This document shows positions 10,921 to 24,345 of a stretch of 64,000 nt of DNA, piece by piece (position 1 is the stretch's first letter; every line of letters begins with the position of its first letter). Below the pieces are notes generated by a model. The model made no database searches and had not been told where the DNA came from. It saw only the letters and a program-made list of their open reading frames with translations. The position numbers were made by a program, and so were the translations under genes. This stretch comes from Chiloscyllium plagiosum (taxonomy: Eukaryota), in assembly GCF_004010195.1 (NCBI RefSeq), contig NC_057718.1, positions 43,222,395 through 43,286,394 of the forward strand, read 5' to 3'.

Positions 10921-13900
10921 CCACTTTCTCTGAGGTACTGTCATTCTTCATAATTTTCCAGATCAGAGTCAGTTGTGGAAGAACTACCAGTGCTTCAGTG
11001 ATGCATGACCCCTTTTAGAAGTGCACATTGGTTTGATGTACTGCAGGCTAGTCTTAACTGATGCTAGCTTCTGATTTTGGGCCTCCTCCTGAGTTAATCT
11101 TCATGTTGAATGGACATTGGTTAATTGCATGTTGCAATCTCTTCACCCTTTGTCAAGTGTATTGAACTTAGCCCCAATAGAACAAAAGAAATAGATGACT
11201 TGCAGTCTATTCCTTTTTGTTCCTACTCCAGACTGGGATCCTGGAGTTTTTCTGCAGACAGAAATCAAGTGTGAGCTCATTTTCTGTGAGTGAAATTGGC
11301 AGTGTTACTTGGAGAGAAGAATGTGACTCAAAAGATGAAGGCAACTACTGTGACAGAAGTCTTTATTAGACTGGACAGTGTTGTAACATGTGCATAGGGT
11401 GAGGAGAGAAAGGTGTGGATCCAATGCAAACTACATCAGTAATCAAGCTTTATGCGATTCCAAATCTAGCATGAAACTAGATTTTAGTTGGTCTTTAATG
11501 AGAGGGAGTCATTTGGAAGGTTTAGTCCCTGCAGGAGATTACCTCAGAGAGTTCCAACGTGCACTGCATCTATATTGATTGACAAAGATCTTCAGTGTCT
11601 CTTATGCAGCTATCTGTTTTAACTTAAACTCTGTTCACCACAAATTTTATTTATTCTAATGTTGCTTCCAAATTACTTTTTGTTGACCTGGTTTAAAAAT
11701 TGAATTCTCTCATATGTAAAACTGATAATATACAGCAGACTATGCATTTAAAAAAAAAAATCAGTGCCATATTAAGATTTTGAAACCTATGTATTAAAAT
11801 TGCAGTCTTATGTTATTGGCTGTAGTATGTTAATCTTGGAGTTTGGTATTTCACCCCAGTAGCAATGAGCTCTGCCATTGTGACATAAAATGTATGTGTA
11901 ACTTTTTTTAAAAATGCTCGACAGTAAAAGAGACAAACATCGTATTCTCTATTAACTGAAAATTAAGCTTTTGTGTCAATAGTTACATATTAGTAGATGA
12001 CTCAGCAGTGTAAGATATAATGCATGCCCTGCTTCTATGTCTAAATTCTGTCATCTTGAACTTTGCTGGGTTTCAAGTGGACAGTGTAAGTTTGAAACCC
12101 AACACATAACTCTGATCAGACTCACGTGGTAATACATTGGCAAGTTCATTATCACTGTAGTTCAAGACAACAAGACAGTGACCCTTCCAAATTGTGTATT
12201 CGAAGACATCTGAAGAGAAAAAAAATGTAGAAAATGTATAATTATATTTGGTTTAAGATGAAAAGGTTTTATTTTAAACTAATTGTGATCTAAATAATTT
12301 TCTATTCTGACTCACTGAAAAACTGTATGGTTGATTCCTGTCCATGATATATTTGTGTTGTTGTCTGTATATCATTTACAGATGGTTTCCTAGCCATTGA
12401 AACATTGATTTATAATTTCTTAAAATTTCAATGCCAAATTTAAAAATTATAATCACAATCTATGTCAAACATAAACATAAATTTTAATAGACTCATCTCA
12501 AACAGTGTGAGAGATAAAAAGGGCTCTTGGATACTTCTTATTGTCAAAGCTAAATTGTTGGCTTTATCATAACTTAGCCCATTCCAACATAGCAACATAT
12601 TAGGTCAGAAACATTTCAGTATTGCATACTGAATGCTATCAAGCATCATCTCTTAATAACAAGTGCATTGTACCTGTACTTGGATAAACAAAATAGGAAG
12701 AAGTTTTATATTTTTTCCGAGTGATGGATATTTCACAGAGATGTTCAATCACCTGTTAGGATGCCGTATTTTAAAAGATGTATTGTACAATTCAAAATAA
12801 AAATAAAAGTCAATATATAAGTGGAAAATGTTATAAAATTAAATGTTGTGACACAGCAAGAAAAAAAAAACTCATGCAAACAGGCAGTCATGTAGTTACG
12901 GTCCTCTAAGAATGTATGTCAGGTGAAAGGGTAGAATAAGGACTAGTCAGGGATAGGGCATACATCCAGTAATTCTAATGCTATTGCATCGAAGCCGTAG
13001 GATATAGAAACAAGTCATTTCAGTTAACGATAGATTTTCTCCCAAAGTGAATTGCTGAACCTCTGGGGAATGGAGAGGAAGAAAAATGAAGAGAGAAGAG
13101 GTTGAGTTTGCTAAATTGTGCTATTTGAATAACCTGAAAATTAAAATGTAAAACATTTGTTTATTGTTGCCTGATTCCATTTACATCAAAAAACAATACG
13201 CAAAATGGGGCATTACTTGAACACAGACTAAAACATGTTTGTTAATTATAAATTGTTGTAGATGCCTTGCAGGATTCCATGTGACCCATAGAATTAAAAA
13301 CCAGCCTTGTAAAAATTTTTACTGCTGATCATGTGCCTCCTGTAAACTTGATCATTTTAAAATATAAACCAAGTGTGGTTTTTCACTCTACAACTTCTGA
13401 TAAAAAGATCTGAGAGCATTTAATTAAAGGTGAAAAGAAGTGATATTTTCAATCCATGTTCCTTTATTGTTCATCTGATCTGTTAATGTTCTGTGTTTTC
13501 TCATCTTGTTTGTGAAAAGTGGAGATCTGCTATATAAAATCCGGGAGTCAAAATATTTTGTGCAAGTTATAATGGGAGCAAGTGCTAAAACCTTCGACAT
13601 TTATAGTGGAATAAGTTTCATACCAGTTAAAACAATAATTCATGTGCTGACGTAAGTTTTAAAAAAGTTTTGACTTTGAGGCTCACTGAATTGATGGATG
13701 TAGCAAGTACAGCCAGGTCTAGCCCAGTTACACCAGTTCTTGCCTTCCTGTTTATGCCGGGTGATTTGTGAATTTATTGTTTTCTACAAATGCCTTATTG
13801 CGTCAAGCAGCGAATTTCAACTTCATTTTATCAAGATTTGCCAATACAAGTCAATACATAGAGCAGACTGTTAAAGATCCAGTAATCTGCACCTCTGGAA

Positions 13901-14609
13901 GTAACTTCTTCACTTAACCACATTTACTTGTACATTCCAAACAGGAATTCAGCTGATGCTAATTGAACATGCTTCTGTAATTTTGAAATTAATGCTTAAA
14001 ACAATCTATTTAGAATTAGTTTTTAAAAATCCTTAAATGTCATTTTCAGACCTGTCAAAGTTGAAAATTATTTTCAGCTGTTTTCTTTCATATATATAAA
14101 ATCTGAGAAAGCTCTACGAGATCTGTGTTAGTGACAGAACAAGGTTAGATAGAATAGCGGCTATTTTGATCAGCACTATTAACTTTAAAAAAGTGAGCTG
14201 TATCTGATGTGCCACTTTACCCCCATGCTAAACAGACTCCTTTAACTCATTCAAACTCAAAGTTTTTACATTATTATATTTAATTCAAAACTGTATTTCA
14301 CAAACTACCATACCAAATTTTCTGAGAATCTTGTATGTTTCAGTAAGATTGCCTCTCATTCTTCTAAACTCCAATGAGTACAAACAAAACTTACTCAGTT
14401 CTCCTCAGAAGGAAAACCAGCCATACCAAGATCAATAAAGCGAACCTTGTCTGAACTGCCTCAAATGCTAGTATATTTTTCCTATGTTTTAGAGGCCCAA
14501 AACTGTTTGCAGTATTCTAGCTGTAATCTGTCTAGTGCTCTTATATAGCTTTAGCAAGACTCCCTGTTTTCATATTCCATACATTTTGAAATAAAAGTCA
14601 GTGTTCCAT

Positions 14610-14732
14610 TTACTGCAGATGCTGGAAATTCAAAACAAAGACAGAGAATGCCAATCTCAATTTTAAAAGTATCCTTCTCCAGAGATGTTACCAGATCTGG
14701 AAGGTTTTCCAGCATTCTCTGTTTAGTTTCAA
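14610..14732. mobile_element. Penelope-derived fold-back fragment
   Basis: It starts actgcagatgctggaaa, has inverted arms acagagaatgc / gcattctctgt, and resembles 57088-57326. Confidence 0.55.
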
Positions 14733-15409
14733 CAATGTATTTGTCTTCTCTGTTACCAGCTACATGCCAGTTTTGTTTTGTAATTTAAGCGCACGTACAG
14801 TAGTCCCAAATCCCTCTGTGCTGAAGCTTGCTGCAGTCTTTCTCCACTTAAGTAATATTCAGCTCTTCAAATGTTCCTGCCCAAGTGCTGAGCCTCACAT
14901 TTTCCCATGTCGTTATATTCCATCTGTTAGGACTTTTCCCACCTGCTTAACCTATCTGTATCCATCTACAGACTCTCCGTCATGTCTTCACCATTAGCTT
15001 TCCATCTACTTTTGTGTCATCTGTAAATTTGACTTTCATACATTCACTTAACTCATCCGAGACATTAACACTTATTGTAAATGATTGTGATCATACCAAC
15101 ACTGATCTCAGTGAAGCTCCACTAGTTGCAGGTTGCGATCCTGAAAATAACCCCCTTACTCCAACTCTCTGTCATCTTAGTTTGACAGTCTCTATCCATG
15201 TAAATACACTACCTCAAACATCATAGACTCTGTTCTTATTAAGTAGCTTAGCCTGTGGTACCTTATCAAACACCTTCTGGAAATCCATATATGTTACCCT
15301 TTTGTTTCCCTTTTGTTCATCCTGCTTGCTACCTCTTCAAAAAAACTCTGATAACTTTGACACTCATAATTTTTCTTTTGTGAAGCTATGCTGACTCTGC
15401 TTGATCATT

Positions 15410-15754
15410 CATAGAATAGAACATTCATTGAATCCCTGCAGTGTGGAAGCTGGCCATTTCACCTGTTGAGTCCACACCAACCCTCTAAAGAGCATCCAAC
15501 CAGATCCACTCCCTATCACCTTGCATTTCTTATGGCTAATCCATCTAATCTGCACACTGTATTTAGCACGGCCAATCTACCCAACCTGCACATCTTTGGA
15601 CTGTGGGAGGAAACCAGAGCACCTGGAGGAAATCCACACAGACACAGAGAGAGAATGTCCAAACTCTACACAGATAGTCATCCTAGGGTGGAATTGAACC
15701 CAGGTCCCTGGTGCTGTGATGCAACAGTGCTAACCACTGAGCCACCATGCCACT
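15410..15754 (-). mobile_element. HE1-type SINE
   Basis: Homologous to 1770-2074 (catctttggactgtgggaggaaacc...gaattgaacccagg...gtgctaaccactgagccacc). Confidence 0.85.
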
Positions 15755-18700
15755 CACATCATCTGTTATTATGTATTTTAAATGTTCTGCTGTTACATTC
15801 TTTACAAATACACTTTAGATGCCCACTTAAAAGTTCCTGTAGTATATTATAATTTAAAAGCCTCTAAATGTAAACTACATTTGACTGCATTGGTTACATG
15901 GCACCATTTTAGTTTATCACGAAGGATTCATGAACCCAAATGAAAGATATTGAATACTGTTTTAGTTGAAGGATGGGTAAAGAAGCATGTCTTTCACTCA
16001 GGGCAGAGAGTTAACCATTACTTTTAACAACAGTATAGTATGTGTTAGTCGTAAAGTAAGTCACTGCAATCAAAGTAGTGAAACACCTCTTTCATCCAGT
16101 AGATTTAACACAGACTTATTCAAGTGATCATCAGTCTACTTAAGTTGTGCACAGAACTAACTTCACCCAACAGCTCTATAACAGGCCTCAGAACTTTAGT
16201 GACTGAACAGAGCTCTAGTTTGGTGATGTTACTTGGACTGACACTACAGTGGTGCGGATGCTTTAGGGAGGGAATGTGTACAAAATCTTGATTGCCTAAA
16301 TATAGCAGTAGTATTACAAAAATACATCTCACTCTAAACAAGAACCTTTGAAAGACTCAGTTCTGAGGACACCCACAAATACAGATTCTTTCACATACCT
16401 TTCTCATAATTTTAAAGTGATCGTGTTAAAAGGACCAACAGTTATCGAATCTGATCATTTGCCTTCTAAATGTTTTGCCCATACATGTCACTAAGTACTG
16501 AAACACATGATGCTTTATCAGAACAAATAAACTCTTTACAAGTATATAAGTCTGAGAATCATGGTAAAATGGAATTTTCTTATTGTTTTTTTACCCAATG
16601 TTCTTTTATTAAACAGTTGTCATGTGTCATTCATTTGGCACATTCCTTTCTACTGCCATTTATAAGCAACTTTGTTTTGACCTATAGGAGCATCCCAGTT
16701 AGATTTAGATCCTTTAACGTGAAATATTAAACTCCATTTCAGTATGTAAAAGAACATTAAAATGAAATTTCTCCAGTGAGATGAAGATAATAAATATCGT
16801 TAGCTAATAACTTCTGTGGTATAGCAACAATAAGATTTTGCAGTGCAGGTACTATGATTTTGAATGTTTTTCTGTTTTGTTCTAGTTAAAATTTAGATGT
16901 TGTGACCTAGACATTTCACACCAGATACTAAACAGTCCATGTTAAATAGAATGTCATGTAAAGGGGTATAGGGTAAGATAAAATAAAGCCACATTGCGAG
17001 CCAACTTGGCAAAATAGCTATAATGACTAGAACACTTTATTTGAGGGTGTGCTGGTGGACTCGTCTCCTCTGCTGCATCCTACTTGAGTCAGTTTTAGGT
17101 ACAATCATATTTCTAAGTCTGTAAATGCTGCAGACACTATTTACTGACCGAGCACTGGACAAAATAGCAGCACAGCCTTCAGTTCATAGGAATGAAGTAT
17201 TAGAACCCAAATCAGATCCTAAATTTATATAACTGAATTTCACTGCTTCTTAAGTATTTATAGGGCAGGATACTGAACAATGCAACTTGCAGCTGCATAG
17301 GCGTAACTCAGATTTCCAATAACACTGCAAGTGCACATATTACAGCTATCCTACGATCTCAGCAGATGAAGAAGAAACATCAGTGGAGCTAATGGGTGCT
17401 GCACAGGAGAAGATTCATGCCATGGAAAGTGTGTTCAAATGCTCCTGTGCCTCTCACTTCAATACCCCATATGTCCAAATATGTCCAATTTACCTTCACA
17501 TTCTTCGACATATCCTACTTCTCTATTTGAGGCACAACAGATCAGTGCTATCTATTTCTATTGCAGAACAGTGAAGATGAGAGCCAGATAATTCAGGAAG
17601 AAACATTTTGGTGTTTCCTGACTTCCGTATATGACTTGCATTGAAGTTTGAGTGTGACAGTTTTGGCACATGTAGCATCATATGTAATAACCTACTTGCT
17701 TGGTAATTGTCTTTTATTTGCAGTTTAGGAAATGAGTTACTTTCTTCTGTGCCTTTCCCAATTGATACATGTGTGCAGAGACAAATAATCAGGTTATTAA
17801 TGTGCACAACTTTGTGGTGCCTTCCCCTTGCTCTGAGTGTCTGCCAGGATAACAAAAGCCTTGTACATGTTGCATTCGGGCACATTTCCACCACACCGAA
17901 TCACCAGGCTTTGAGGTCTCATTCAGGTTAATGCAACAGCAGTCAGGCGTCTGTGATGAAGCTGTATTCCTGTTCCTGCCAAAGTAATTTCTGAGCAAAA
18001 ATAAAAGGTTCAAGGCTTGTCAGCATTAGCAGCTAGATAGCTGCTTAGACCTAATGAGAAATTGGACATTGCTAGACTCTGAGCTATCTTGCCAGAGTCA
18101 TTTTTCCTGCTTGCCTTTTGTCGGAACGACAGAAAGAGATGTTGTTCAATTAAAACCTCTGACCTGTTGTGGGCTCTTGTAGGCAGCCCATTTCATGCTG
18201 GTGATGTGAATGATTGGCAAAATTCAGACAGTTCTGAACCATGCAACATTTTTCAAAGTTGCTGTTATATTCAAAGCAACAACAAAACAAATTCATTGAC
18301 ACTTCCTGTTAGCTGGTTTCCGTGGTGACACATATTCCCAGGAGAAATTTAATATAATTAAATTAGACTTCTTTTGATGTCAATAAATTAAAAGGATAGA
18401 TTGTCCTTAAGGCAGTGAGCCTGCTTGGATTTAGTATAAACCATAATTTCATCTTTCATTAAACAGTTATAGAATGCTACAAATACAATTGACTTAAAAT
18501 TATAGTTCTATTTATCTGCCCTAAATATTCTGGCATTTTACACTGTCTATCATTAGAAAAGTTTGTACTTTATTCAGAAAGTAAGTGAAGATCATCAAGA
18601 TAAGCACAATTACATGGAGCATCTGTTTAAAATGTAATTTAAAATAGAAAATGTTATCAATGTAAAATTCTGCCTCTTGATTCAGCACAAATAACTTGGT

Positions 18701-19197
18701 AATATTTTTATTGACAGTATGTGATTGGTATGTTTTGGCTAGGAAATAGTTCCATTGGAAGCTTATTTTCCTTCAAGGTGCTTGTCTTATTTTTCATAGG
18801 AATATCTTTCCAAAATCTTTTTACTATCACAATAGAATGCATTACAGTATGTCTCTTCTGAAAACAAGCGAGCTATCTAGAACTTTGGCTACTATTTGAA
18901 GTAATTTCTAATTGAGGGGAAGGCATATAGAGATAAAATACCATGCACATTATTTTATTTTAAAATGCTTTGTTGGATTTGTTTTGAACTTGCTAGCAAT
19001 GCATTGATTATGTTGCTTTTTACTGATAACACAATTTAAAATCTGTTTTAACCCATATTGTACAGGTACAAATGAACGTGCAATTATTAGCTTATTGTCA
19101 AGTTACTTGTCCTAAAAAATGTGTTTTTTTAAAGTTTTATATAGTATGTCATTTTTGGAGCCCCTTAAGAAAATTAACCTAGTATTAATTCAGATCA

Positions 19198-19250
19198 TCC
19201 AACATCGTGGGCTGAAGGGCCTGTTCTGTGCTGTACTGTTCTATGTTCTG
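19198..19250 (+). mobile_element. Very short CR1 3' tail
   Basis: gtgggctgaagggcctgttctgtgctgtactgttctatgttct is the CR1 terminal stem-loop plus a TTCTATG-type tail. Confidence 0.65.
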
Positions 19251-19326
19251 TGGTGCACCATTGATTTGGTAATGAACAATTATATTTCTCTTGTATTTAT
19301 TAAACATTATTTTTGTTCTTTTCCAG

Positions 19327-19437
19327 GCGTGCGCTTAGATAGAGTACGTGGAGGACGGCAGAAGTATAAGCGCAGGATAGATGCAGAGAACAGCCCTTAC
19401 TTGAACCCTCAGCTGGTTCAGCCAGCCAAAAAGCCAT
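19327..19437 (+). CDS. ESRRG: ESRRG coding exon (end of DBD / C-terminal extension and hinge): (G)[36 protein letters not shown]
   Basis: The translation matches the ERR T/A-box [10 protein letters not shown] and the ERRgamma hinge. The acceptor is a pyrimidine tract plus ttccag ending 19326 and the donor is gtgagg at 19438. Length is 111 nt, phase 1-1. Confidence 0.97.
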
Positions 19438-20939
19438 GTGAGGACAACAAATTAATTTATATTATATTGTACAGGATGTCCATTAACATATAAAGCTTCA
19501 GCACATTAATTTATAATCTAATGAAACAATGACATGTCTTATCTATTTCGGTATACTCACCCTGCACACACAACCAGTCAAAGAGTTTGCAAACAGATGG
19601 GAGTGATAATAGGCAAAGCTAATCCAGTCTCCATTTTATAAATCGCCAGAGTTTATTTTTCATCAGGGGTAGCTGGTGTACTTTGTGAAAAATGATGTAC
19701 AGCCATGTGGAAATATTTTGAATTGTCCATATATTTTTTTGTATACTGTTCAATTAAAGAGACAAAGCTTTTCGCAGCAATGCACTGCAAATCTGTTTTA
19801 TTTTGATTTGTAATTTAGTTAGTAAAAGATAGATTGGACATATCAGAGAGATTTTATTTTATTTTGTGATTTCCTAAAAGTCCTAAATAGCTTTAAAATT
19901 GTCATTTTGTTTGTACTTGTGGCCCCATGTCTGTGATTTAAAATGAGGACTATTAAACGATGTGGAACATTGACAGTATTAAACATATCTGTGGTATGTT
20001 TCCTCTGAGCTTCTAAGCTAACCATAGTGTTAAATTCAAAACACTAGAATGAAGATTACAAATCCTGCATAAGCTGGATATTGTCTTTATAAATCTTTAA
20101 GCTTTTATGATGAGCCTTTGCCATCAAGAAAGTGCATGTTAAATGTGCTTTCTCGCCTATGTCTTTATGTGACAGTTAACAAAGACCACAGAAAATAAAT
20201 ATGGTACAAAATATCATTAATGTTACATTTCAAAACTGATTGAATAACTAGATTATTTCTTTTAAGTTGATTGGATTTATATTTTTATTAGCAAGTACTT
20301 TAAAATCGTACATGTATGGGCCCATATTAATAATTCTTTTGACCATGAGAGTGATACTATAATTTTATTGCATGTCTTGTGTGATTTTTGAGCATAGTTG
20401 TGGATAGCCATGGAAAGGCAGTGGCTGTTTATATTTTCCAGTATATTTCTTCTATTAACTAATAAATAATTAAGTATAGCTGAAAGCAATTCATGGAATT
20501 TCAGATGTTACTTGGACTAGAGCTCACACTTTTACAAGGGTGGTATAATATACCATATTCATGAAATACTGCCTTCACATTTACATTTCTGTAAATTACA
20601 TTATATTAATATTTTGCAATGAAGTCTTGTCCATCAGAATCAAAATTTTAATATATATATACTATCCAAATAACTGAAAATGCTTAGCATTTTTTTTTCC
20701 AAAAAGCCTTAAGTGTTTAAAATGATAAATTCTTTATAAAGTTTTAATTTTAATTTAAGGAACAAAACTTGGTTTATTTAGTTAATCTGAAAAATTCAAA
20801 AAAAGCAGATGTCTGTAGTACTTAAGGGTGTGCAACCTACTTGTCAGATTTCTTCATTGAAGTATATAAGAATGTAATATGGTGGATCTTAGGGTAAACA
20901 ATACTAAATTTATGAAAATGGATGTTAATATATTCAACG

Positions 20940-21040
20940 AGCTGGTTAGCAGAGTTGGCTATATGGCTAGCATGAAGAATAATGCCAACAGCACAGATTA
21001 ATTTCCTGTTCTAGCTAAGGAAAACATGAAGCCCATCTCC
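20940..21040 (+). mobile_element. Degraded tRNA-derived SINE head (LF-SINE-like)
   Basis: ggttagcagagttggct...gccaacagcacagattaatttcct (A-box and B-box-like). A related copy lies on the minus strand at 29555-29670. Confidence 0.45.
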
Positions 21041-21945
21041 AAGGGTATTGAAGGAAGAGAGAGGAGAAATTTCCAGAGCATTGGCCATATTTGTTCATCT
21101 TTCCCTATAGTTGGAGAGGTTTTCAGAGGAATGGAGAATTGATGACGTTGTGCCCTTGTTCAAAAAGGCTGTGAGGATAAGCCCAGCAATTACAGTCTCA
21201 GCTAAACTTTCGTGCTGCTGAAACTTCTAGAAATATTAGAATTAATAGTCTCATGGGAAAAGCTGAGTTGTTTGTGAAAAGCCAGCATGGATTTCTAAAT
21301 GGGAAATTGTGTTTGAATAGCATTAAGGAGCTTTTAAAAGAGATACCAGAAAGGTTAATGTTGATGCAGTATACATGAACTTTGAAAGGTATTTGACATA
21401 GCGCCACAAAGCAGACTTGTGAGAAAAGTTGTAATTTTTGGAATAATTGTGTACAGTGTTGGCCACCACACTATAGGAAGCGTGTGAACACATTGGAGAG
21501 CAGGCAGAAGAGGCTTACAAAAATGGTTCCAGACAAGAGAAACTTTGGTTATGAGGAAAGATTGGAAAGGTTGGGACTGTTCTTCTTGTTGGAGAGAAGA
21601 ATGCTCAAAGAGATCTGATAGAAGCTTTCAAAATCATAAAAGGATTGAGAATGAGAGGGCACAGATTCAAGTGATTTGTAAACATGACAACAGTGATGTG
21701 CAAGTAAATGTTTTCATGCAATGGATGGTTCAGGTCTGGAATGCACTGGCAGGAAACCTGGTGGAGGCAGAGTCATTTAGGATATTCAAGAGGGTATTGG
21801 ATCATTATTTTAAAAGAAAAAAAATGTGCACAAGAATGGAGAAGAATCAGGAGAATGTTGAAATCATGAAGATCATAGGAGAGTGGTGCAGACAGGATGG
21901 GCTGACTAGCGTCCTTCTGTTCTGTAACAATTCTATCATTCCTTA
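21040..21945 (+). mobile_element. Degraded, multiply deleted CR1 LINE
   Basis: It retains the SQHGF-like aaagccagcatggattt, the YRK/QRRFT-like segment at 21470-21530 and VQVWNAL...FKRVLD in ORF 21545. Confidence 0.75.
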
Positions 21946-23013
21946 TCTTGCCCTGAGAGTGAAGGCAATGTGAAATCACTCTTGGCAAAACTTGCCAAGG
22001 AACAACAGCTCAGGGTGACTCATCAATGAGCCATGGGACCTGCCTTCAGACAGATCACTCACAAATGAATAGTGTTCACTTCTTGCTTTGTGAGATGTGA
22101 CATCATCTTAAGTTGCCATAGATTTTATATAAAATTCAGAGGAACCAGCAGTGGATTTTTTTTAAAGTCTTGTTCTCAAATACTTTCTGACAATAAATAA
22201 ATATTGAAGTCATATTGCCCAGTACATTTCCTATGCCACTGTAGTATTTTCAAAATTTGAATCACTTCCTATTGTAGACTAATCCAGGCAAACAATTAAC
22301 TGTAATGTCTGTCTGTCAAGCCACTTGACTAAACACCTCATCTGGTCGTAAAGTACAAAGGTCTGTACACAGCTGACTATCGGAGATGTCTGTGGTCATA
22401 TTTAACTTGATATTCGTGATTTATGAGACGTACGTTTAATTCCGCCCCCTCGTTAAAATTGCTAGGTAAGGTGTTTAAAGCTTATATTAAAAAAAGGTCA
22501 GCTTAAAAGGACATAAATTTCTTGATGCCTATTTAGCTTTACTAAATACTTAATTTCTCTTTTTTAGCAATCCTTTCTCCTCCTTAACACAGCCGAATCT
22601 TAATAAGAATGCGTTGTTCTGTGTGCCATTTATTCTGGCGAATCTTAGTACTTGCTTATCATTACTCATTATCGAAAAGCTGTTGTGTTAATTTTCTTCA
22701 TTTATTTAATTAGCAACTTATCCAAAAAAGCAACATTTATAAAATACATGGTCAATTTTCAACTTGTGTTAGGAAGTGCAGTATGTCTTGTACCTTGGAT
22801 GTAGTCTGAGAGGTTTTCTGGATCCTGATTGATTATTTGTGCATAACAAAGCCATTTTGATGAAAATTGGGTTGTATTGATTCTAATTAAGGCAACATTA
22901 AATAAGATTTACCAAGAGATACTGCTTGCAGCTACTCAATTCCCTGAGTGATGAGGCTGTCTAAACTGACGCAAACGTTTCTTGCTTTCTTTTGCCTGTG
23001 CCTTCTATTCTAG

Positions 23014-23175
23014 TCAACAAGATTGTCTCACACTTGCTTGTGGCTGAGCCAGAGAAAATCTATGCCATGCCTGATCCCACCATTCCAGAGAGTGACATCA
23101 AGGCCCTTACTACACTGTGTGACCTGGCTGACCGAGAACTGGTGGTCATCATTGGATGGGCAAAGCATATTCCAG
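23014..23175 (+). CDS. ESRRG: ESRRG coding exon (LBD helices 1-3): (F)[53 protein letters not shown]
   Basis: Recognisable ERRgamma LBD start. The acceptor is ttctag ending 23013, with a branch-like ctgac at ~22966 and a long pyrimidine tract. The donor is gtacag at 23176. Length is 162 nt and the frame is preserved from the previous exon. Confidence 0.97.
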
Positions 23176-23749
23176 GTACAGAAAGAAAACAAAAAGATTC
23201 TTTGTAAAGCATGTCACAAAACTAATTGCACTTCTGCGTTTGGTGCCAAACTTTCAACAGTCAAGGTATCACAGAAATGATGATGTTAGCTGCTTTATTT
23301 TTCTGGTGAAAACTCAACAATATTCACTATGTGATTACCTAATTCAACTCTATGAGCACAACAAGTCAACACGTTCATGATTTTAATGATGATATTCATT
23401 TATAGGATACTTTTTTTTATCTCTGTCGCCAAATACTTTAAGTTCTGTTTGAGCTGGAAACAACTGAACACATGGACAATGATTTGAAATGTGGGAAAAC
23501 AGGGCAAAATGAAAAAAGTCTGATTCTCGACATTAAGAAAAAATATTCAAATTTTCCCCCAAGGTTTCAATGCAAGATCAGAATCTCAGTGATAAGCAGC
23601 AACTGTCATATTTCTATGCATTTGCATCTCATTAATACCCCAACTCAACCACTTTATAGATAGTCCCTCTTCTGAGAAACTAGCCGGTGACAATTCCCAA
23701 CTTGAGTGGTTACCTGGTGGGTGCTTTTCTAGGCCTCCATTTTAATGTC

Positions 23750-24345
23750 CTTTCATCAGCATGTCCTTAAATTCTCTCTGGACAGTGTCCTTCTTCATCC
23801 CTTGTCCTCCAAAGTCAATATCAACAAGCAACCAATCTCACACCAGGATCATGGCTGAACTTGGAGTTCCACTTCAGCCTTTCAGGACTTCACATTTAGG
23901 TTCAATGACATCTATGACCTGCATGCTTTTGCCAGGTCACTTTGCCCACACAGACACAAACCAGCTCATGCATCTACACAGGGTGCACCTTAAAACATCA
24001 TTGCTCGGTGCAAACTCACTCTCCATTTACATTGAGGCTGCCAATGTTTGGTATGGATTGCAGAACGTTTTAGCCAGAGGACAGGAAGAATTTGCGATTG
24101 TGGCGAATGCTGGGTGAGAGGCAATGTGTGGAGATGCTGCATGCACAGTGAGGTTGGAAGTCAATGAGTGCTAGTGAGGTTTGTCTGCAGCGATAGAGTT
24201 TGAGTGAATGTGAGGTAGCAGACAGAAGATGCCAGCACATACTCTTGCAGGATGCAGTACATCGTTAACTGTTGCCCTGCATTCTGTCTGACCCTGGAGA
24301 CAATGCTGACCTAGTTTGCTATTTTTGGTGCCTGGGCTTCCACTG
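23750..24345 (-). mobile_element. Decayed Harbinger Myb/SANT-like ORF remnant and flank
   Basis: The minus strand at ~24240-24335 reads QAPKIAN*VSIVSRVRQNA, then a frameshift, then ECRATVNDVLHPAR. This resembles the AW-EIA--VS----R---QCRKK-NDL pattern. Confidence 0.5.

Larger units (their letters stand above)
14315..15820 (-). mobile_element. Old degraded CR1 LINE with a Penelope-like fragment (14610-14732) and an HE1 SINE inserted
   Basis: Degenerate reverse-strand RT landmarks: tttgtgtcatctgtaaattt (KFADDTK-like) and ccttatcaaacaccttctggaaatcc (DFQKxFDK-like). Confidence 0.7.
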
